Source of the DNA: Candidatus Saccharibacteria bacterium oral taxon 488 | GTDB lineage: Bacteria; Patescibacteriota; Saccharimonadia; Saccharimonadales; Saccharimonadaceae | Assembly (NCBI GenBank): GCA_010202845.1 | Contig: CP047921.1 | Coordinates: 600,001-632,000 of the forward strand | Direction: 5' to 3' | Length of the DNA: 32,000 nt | Part shown: piece after piece, positions 26,973 through 32,000 of the stretch | Layout of the letters: each line of letters begins with the position of its first letter | How positions within the stretch are numbered: the first letter of the stretch is position 1 | The notes under the pieces: model-generated | Database searches by the model: none | What the model saw: only the letters and a program-made list of their open reading frames with translations | What the model was told of the DNA's origin: nothing | Position numbers and translations under genes: made by a program

Positions 26973-29576
26973 TCATATTTCATCTATCATCAACTCCGCC
27001 GTAATCTGTGACTTTTTCTTTGTTCGCCCGTTGGTCTTAGCGACTTTTCTTGACGAAGACCTACCAGAACTTTCTTGTCCAGAAACCTCTTCTCGTCTCC
27101 TGGCAAATTCCTTTCGTGAATGTTTAACAATTTCATTTCTCACTGCCTCATCGCCATCGCTTTCTAGCAATAAAGTCTGCCCGGATAGCGGCTCTTGCGT
27201 GTGCACCGCCGCCAGCCTAGCGTAATAATTATATGCTGGCAGGTTGCTGATTTCGCCCGGTTCAATATACGGGCTAAACATCGGCAGTAAACGCTGTTCA
27301 TCTTGCGGATTGCCGGTTCGGAAGCAGATAATCGTGCCAGTATTTGCCAAAATTATATTCACTGTTTGCTGGTCGCTTTGCTGCGAAGTAGACTGCTCGG
27401 CCATGATCATAAAGACGCGATATTTGCGGCTCTCAGACAGCATTTGCACAAATGATGTTGTGGCGAAATTCTGAAACTCATCGACATACAGATAGAATGT
27501 CCGCCGCTCCGCTTGCTTGAGTCGGGCGCGGCGGAGACTTGCGAGCTGGAGCTTCGCAAGTACGGTGATTCCAAATAGCTCAGATGTATCTTCGCCAAGC
27601 AAGCCTTTGGACAAATTACAAATCAGTATTTTCCCCGAGTTGATAATATCATCAAAATCAATCGTCGATTTTGGTTGCTCGAGAATTTGCCGAGCTGACG
27701 CTGAAAATAAAAACCGCCCAATTTTCGCTGTAATCCCTGCTGACATTTTTACTTTCTGCATATCGCCAGCTTTGCCAAACTCGTTCTTCCAGAAGTTTAT
27801 CAAGTTTGTGTCGTCAAGATTTTTAACGACACTGCGGCGATATTTTGGGTCGTTTAGCAAATCAAACACAGTAAAAAGCGTGGAATTTTCCTGCATGAGT
27901 GCGGTTTGAATGGTGTTGCGCAAAATGTATTCGATACGATGCCCGCCCGAGTCCTCGTCGCTAAAGATTTTCCGAAAAATCGACACGACCGACTCAGTAA
28001 TAAGATCTTTTTCGCGCATCAACTCGCTGCCGTCTAGCCCAGGCGCTAGCTCCAATAAATTCAAACCAACCGGATAATCCAAATCATCAGGATTGAAATA
28101 AATTACATCGCCAAGGCGCTCCGGAGGAACGTGCCGCAAAATCGTCTCCGCCATATCGCCATGCGGGTCAATTACAGCCACGCCTTTGCCGTTACAAATA
28201 TCTTGCACAATTTGATATTGCAACATCGTAGTTTTGCCGCTACCCGTACCGCCGATGATGTACTGATGGCGCTCGCGCTCAGCTTCCATCAAGCCAATCG
28301 GCGTCACCGTATTGTGATGATGATTTTCACCAATAATCACATCGAAACTTTCTGACTGCTTGAGTGAAATCGGCGCGGGTAGCGTGCGGCTGAGCGAAGT
28401 TATCAGATTGTCGGTTTTACTATGATAACTTGAAGGAAAATGAAACAAGCTAGCAAGTTCGCTTGAAGCGAGGATTATGGAGCTATTTTTATGCAGCGAT
28501 GGCAGGCGCTTTATGGATGCAAGAATTAGCAGGTTGTTCAGAATCGGCATACGATACTTTGCTTTGAGTGATTGATATGGCGGTGTACTAAAACCGTCCA
28601 GCGCGGATTTAAGCGCGGCGATATGTCTCTTTGTTTCTGGACTACTTACCATGATGCGTAGGTTGACATAAAATAGCGGACGAGTCACTTTTTGGTGCAT
28701 GGTTTCCATTAGTTCTAATTCAAAAGCACTTAGCATGCGCGCCGGGCGGTCACCTCGCGGCACCCTGATTTGCTGCCGCGGGGATACGGTTTTTGAATGG
28801 TAGTAATTACGGTAACTAGTTGTCATGCTAGCATGAACTTCGCTGACGAGGTCGGTTGCGCCAGAAGAAATTTTGCCAAAAAAGCTAGCTAATCTGCCGA
28901 GCATTGATAGTTTTTTGCCGCTAACATATTGCAAAATGTTTTCATTGCCGAGAATTTTATGCGACAGAATTTCTGCTTCACGTAAGCGCGCTGGTGTTGC
29001 TATAAGCTGCAAAATAATTTCCTCTTCGTCATCTAACCTGGTCATCGCACCAATCACATAACTGAGTGGATCGCGTTGCTCTAGCGTCGAATTTATAGCT
29101 AACGGCAAGACGTAATGCCCAGTTTCTCGAAATTCAATAACTTGATAATCATCACCGCTCTTTCGCTCAACTGTGCGAACCTTTGAGTCGGCGATGTAGG
29201 AGGTAATCACTTTTTGCATGTTCGCAGCGTGACGCCGTTCGACCTGCACCAAATACCGCACGCCGTGCTCTTTAGTTGATGTAATTTCAAAACTCATAAC
29301 TGGCGACCGACCGAGCAATTTTTCTTTGAGTGAGCGCGCCGCCCGATGTCCATGAATTACCGAAAATAGTTGCTCGGTTGCTTCAGGTGTTTTGGCGATC
29401 GTGGCAGGCGGTGTAATTTCCAGCCAAACCATGCCTCGTGTTCGCAAATATCGACGATTCAAAACAAAACGAATCACCAACCACAAAATGACCGCGCTAA
29501 TCGTAAGCGTGATTACGATTAAAACTATCGACCCAAGCCATAAGGTGGTGGCGAGGTAATCGGCTGTAGATTCCAC
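26973..29576 (-). CDS. type IV secretion coupling-protein-like ATPase (VirD4/TraD/TrwB family)
   Basis: 867 aa. N-terminal TM helix LWLGSIVLIVITLTISAVILWLVIRFVL. Walker A IIGGTGSGKTT at about residues 441-450, followed by AVIDPHGD. Walker B FYLYVDEFQNF. Basic C-terminal tail. The GTG start at 29576 overlaps the CHAP gene by 52 nt. Confidence 0.8.
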   Translation of the reverse strand: MESTADYLATTLWLGSIVLIVITLTISAVILWLVIRFVLNRRYLRTRGMVWLEITPPATIAKTPEATEQLFSVIHGHRAARSLKEKLLGRSPVMSFEITSTKEHGVRYLVQVERRHAANMQKVITSYIADSKVRTVERKSGDDYQVIEFRETGHYVLPLAINSTLEQRDPLSYVIGAMTRLDDEEEIILQLIATPARLREAEILSHKILGNENILQYVSGKKLSMLGRLASFFGKISSGATDLVSEVHASMTTSYRNYYHSKTVSPRQQIRVPRGDRPARMLSAFELELMETMHQKVTRPLFYVNLRIMVSSPETKRHIAALKSALDGFSTPPYQSLKAKYRMPILNNLLILASIKRLPSLHKNSSIILASSELASLFHFPSSYHSKTDNLITSLSRTLPAPISLKQSESFDVIIGENHHHNTVTPIGLMEAERERHQYIIGGTGSGKTTMLQYQIVQDICNGKGVAVIDPHGDMAETILRHVPPERLGDVIYFNPDDLDYPVGLNLLELAPGLDGSELMREKDLITESVVSIFRKIFSDEDSGGHRIEYILRNTIQTALMQENSTLFTVFDLLNDPKYRRSVVKNLDDTNLINFWKNEFGKAGDMQKVKMSAGITAKIGRFLFSASARQILEQPKSTIDFDDIINSGKILICNLSKGLLGEDTSELFGITVLAKLQLASLRRARLKQAERRTFYLYVDEFQNFATTSFVQMLSESRKYRVFMIMAEQSTSQQSDQQTVNIILANTGTIICFRTGNPQDEQRLLPMFSPYIEPGEISNLPAYNYYARLAAVHTQEPLSGQTLLLESDGDEAVRNEIVKHSRKEFARRREEVSGQESSGRSSSRKVAKTNGRTKKKSQITAELMIDEI

Positions 29577-30127
29577 GGCTGTGCTCCTGGTTTATTATGA
29601 ATAAATTTATAAGATTTGGCGACTTCTTTGGAAAAAGTGCGCTGCGACACCACGTTCAAACCGCGCGCGTTCATTTCAGAAATTTTCCAATCACCGCTGA
29701 TTTGATTAACTTCTATCACATACGCAACATGTCCATAATGGCCTTCATCAGTCTGAAAAACTGCACCAGCCGCTGGTGTATCGTTGACGATGTAGCCATC
29801 ACGCTTGGCGTTATCATCCCAGGTATTAGCGTTGCCCCAAGTGTTCGGAATCGGACTGTTTGCCCACCGACGCATCGCATACGCCCACCACGTACAGTTG
29901 CCCCAGGCGTAAGTGTTTCCGGGCATCACGCCGCCGTTATAAAAACCACGTTCTTCCACCGCTTTGGCGCTCGGTGCATTTGCTAAAAAGCTCATTGCCG
30001 GTAAGCCAAGTGATGAAATAGCTAAAATCGGAAACGTCAAAATAAGCAATAATGTAGCGATGATTATAGCTATAATTTTCTTAATGCTGAAACCAAAATT
30101 TGTAAACAAAACTACCGCGCCGTTCAT
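29525..30127 (-). CDS. membrane-anchored CHAP-domain peptidoglycan hydrolase (VirB1-analogue)
   Basis: N-terminal TM helix IIAIIIATLLLILTFPILAI. CHAP catalytic Cys in GNCTWWAYAMRRW and His in GHVAYVIEV. Its start overlaps the VirB4 stop in ATGA (30127-30124). Confidence 0.85.
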   Translation of the reverse strand: MNGAVVLFTNFGFSIKKIIAIIIATLLLILTFPILAISSLGLPAMSFLANAPSAKAVEERGFYNGGVMPGNTYAWGNCTWWAYAMRRWANSPIPNTWGNANTWDDNAKRDGYIVNDTPAAGAVFQTDEGHYGHVAYVIEVNQISGDWKISEMNARGLNVVSQRTFSKEVAKSYKFIHNKPGAQPWNLQPITSPPPYGLGR

Positions 30128-31902
30128 GATGAATACAACTCCGCAGGATTAGTCGTGATGAGCGGGTGTTCTTTTTCGGCTGCCACAACTTTAACGGCGA
30201 CATGGTTTTGGTCGGCGATAAGCAAAGCATCGCCTCGCTCGCACATGAGCAGAAAACTTTGTTCATATTCGCTGAGGTTAAATTCGTTAACCACGCCTTT
30301 GATAGTCGTCGTATCCTGGCGCATTAAAATCCGCAGTGCGCTTTGCGAAGCAATAGCGCGACCATACTCACTTTTGAGAAAGTCATTAGCTTGTTGCGAT
30401 ATAATTGACACGCCGAGATAATATTTGCGTGCCCGACGCACCAGTCCTGCTACAAACCGCGCCGACTCCTCGTGTTGCAACAAAATCCAGCCCTCATCGA
30501 TAATCAGCAGCCGCTTTTCTGGCTTAGCCATGACTTGATTTTTCACAAAATTAGAGATAATTAACATCATAATTTGGCGCAGATTTTCTGGTAAATCTTT
30601 GATATCGAAAATAACCAAGCGGTTGTCTAATTTAACATTTGTTTGCGCATTGAATACATCCGCCAGCGAGCCGGAAATATATTTTTCTAACTTTTCACAC
30701 AATTTTAGCTGACCCAACTTTCGAAGTTCCGCGTATAAATCTTCTAAAAGCGGCGGTTTGGTTTTTGACTTTTTGTAGATTTTCAAAACCGCTTTGTCAA
30801 TGGCGGCTTTTTCGCGCGCCGTTAAACTTTCAGCCATCAAACCGATTACGTCCATTAGATCTTGTGCATGCTCAGATAAATCACTAATTTCGTGAACAGT
30901 CGTCGCTAGGTCAAAAGGGTTAATTTTCTGCTTACTCTTGGCTGATAATTTTATATACGTGCCTTTTACTGATTCGGCGAGGCGCTTGTATTCACGCTCT
31001 GGGTCGATGACGATGACACGCGTGCCTTGCATGAGTTGGCGTAAAATCTCGACTTTGGTGGTGTAACTTTTGCCAGCACCCGACTGCGCAAATGTGATTG
31101 AGTTAGCATTGTGTAAACTAAACCTGTCCAAAATAACCAGCGAGTTGTTTGATTTGTTGACACCATAAAGGATGCCCGATTCCTGCACCAATTCTGATGA
31201 CATAAACGGAAAAGTCAGAGCGGCGCTGGAACTATCAAGGTTGCGCTTTTGCGCCAATTGGTCTTCGCCGCGTGGCAAAATTGATTGCAGCGCCTCTAAC
31301 TGCTGATAGCGCGCTACTTTTGAGTAAAACAACCGCGCCGACAGATTAGCTTCAAGCAACTTGGTGGTTTTATCAAGTTCTTCTTTGGTCTCAGAACGAA
31401 TGCAAATATAGATCGCCATTTGGAATAATTTTTCCTGACCGCGCTGAATTTTATCGCGCAAATCAATCGCCGACTCAAGCGGGTCGGTAATTTCCGAGCC
31501 AACGATTCGTCCCTCGCGCATCATCGCCCGGCGTGTGGATTCAAGCTCGGTAATTTTACGATTTAGTTTTGGCAGCGCCGCTCGGGCGTCTACTTCATGC
31601 AGATGATAACTAATGTCGATGTCGTGATTAAAATGAATCAAGCTATCCATCCAGTCCGAACTCGCTACGAACGGATATCCAGAAATAAACAACGTGCGCA
31701 TGTACACACCGTCGATGCAAAGATAATCAACGTTTTCTTCCAGCCCAGCGTAGGATAAAATATCCAGCGCGTCTTGTTTGCCAAATGTGATATTGAGCTC
31801 TTTTTGCTGTTCCTCGCGCTGGCGGTCGCGGCGTCGTTTCGGAGCACTAATTGAGTCACTAATTCTTTTGATAAATACTGGTGTGCGCGGTTTTTTAATC
31901 AT
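30124..31902 (-). CDS. VirB4-like type IV secretion ATPase
   Basis: Walker A FAQSGAGKSYTTK followed by VIVIDPEREY, and Walker B RLLIIDEGW. The ATG at 31902 (MIKKPRTP...) has GGGAG 8 nt upstream. The track start at 31917 is 5 codons longer. Confidence 0.88.
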   Translation of the reverse strand: MIKKPRTPVFIKRISDSISAPKRRRDRQREEQQKELNITFGKQDALDILSYAGLEENVDYLCIDGVYMRTLFISGYPFVASSDWMDSLIHFNHDIDISYHLHEVDARAALPKLNRKITELESTRRAMMREGRIVGSEITDPLESAIDLRDKIQRGQEKLFQMAIYICIRSETKEELDKTTKLLEANLSARLFYSKVARYQQLEALQSILPRGEDQLAQKRNLDSSSAALTFPFMSSELVQESGILYGVNKSNNSLVILDRFSLHNANSITFAQSGAGKSYTTKVEILRQLMQGTRVIVIDPEREYKRLAESVKGTYIKLSAKSKQKINPFDLATTVHEISDLSEHAQDLMDVIGLMAESLTAREKAAIDKAVLKIYKKSKTKPPLLEDLYAELRKLGQLKLCEKLEKYISGSLADVFNAQTNVKLDNRLVIFDIKDLPENLRQIMMLIISNFVKNQVMAKPEKRLLIIDEGWILLQHEESARFVAGLVRRARKYYLGVSIISQQANDFLKSEYGRAIASQSALRILMRQDTTTIKGVVNEFNLSEYEQSFLLMCERGDALLIADQNHVAVKVVAAEKEHPLITTNPAELYSS

Positions 31903-32000
31903 TAATTTTACTCCCATCTCGCATTAACGCGGTGTGAATTGTCTGCAAAGCGCGTTCAGTTAGCGGCTGAATTTTTGCTTGCGCTGGGCTGTAGAAACTG
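31895..32000 (-). CDS. hypothetical protein, partial (N-terminus beyond the right edge)
   Basis: The minus-strand frame is open from the window edge (...SFYSPAQAKIQPLTERALQTIHTALMRDGSKIND) to the TAA at 31897-31895. It overlaps the VirB4 start, consistent with another T4SS operon member. Confidence 0.4.
   Translation of the reverse strand, partial: SFYSPAQAKIQPLTERALQTIHTALMRDGSKIND

Larger units (their letters stand above)
26973..32000 (-). mobile_element. type IV secretion / conjugation-like gene module (partial, continues past the right edge)
   Basis: A co-directional, overlapping run of an upstream partial ORF, a VirB4-like ATPase, a CHAP hydrolase and a VirD4/TraD-like ATPase. No relaxase, integrase or att repeat is visible in the window, so mobility is unproven. 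Confidence 0.45.

Overview
This is a gene-dense bacterial window with about 29 protein genes. I found no rRNA, tRNA or CRISPR array by eye. Positions 1-22.3 kb are housekeeping genes on both strands: ldh, tuf, glmS, tgt, a eukaryote-type (GH13_8-like) glgB, a UDG-family glycosylase, an HD hydrolase, a wHTH-Nudix protein with a deoxyribosyltransferase-like partner, def, an ABC exporter, DedA, uvrA, sbcB, obg and a LysM-CHAP wall hydrolase. Positions 27.0-32.0 kb (minus strand) carry a Gram-positive-style type IV secretion module, VirB4-like ATPase, CHAP hydrolase and VirD4/TraD-like coupling ATPase, which continues past the right edge. Between these lies a low-GC accessory island at about 23.45-26.95 kb. 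Sampled 60-nt lines there give 30-35% G+C, against 57% and 65% in two core-gene lines. The island holds a single-HKD PLD-family nuclease with a tightly coupled 75-aa acidic partner on the plus strand. Converging on that pair is an overlapping three-gene operon of HNH nuclease, an 80-aa protein and a coiled-coil ABC/SMC-like ATPase (DUF2326-like). I read that triad as an ABC-three-component (ABC-3C)-type conflict or defence system, and it is the top candidate in the window. A second window-wide signal is that many genes have a -10 box, often an extended TGnTATAnT, only 5-9 nt upstream of the ATG with no Shine-Dalgarno, which suggests widespread leaderless translation. Gene content (T4SS, CHAP/LysM hydrolases, a compact fermentative repertoire) is compatible with a Saccharibacteria/Patescibacteria-like genome, but that is inference only. 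All family calls rest on motifs read by eye, with no database search.
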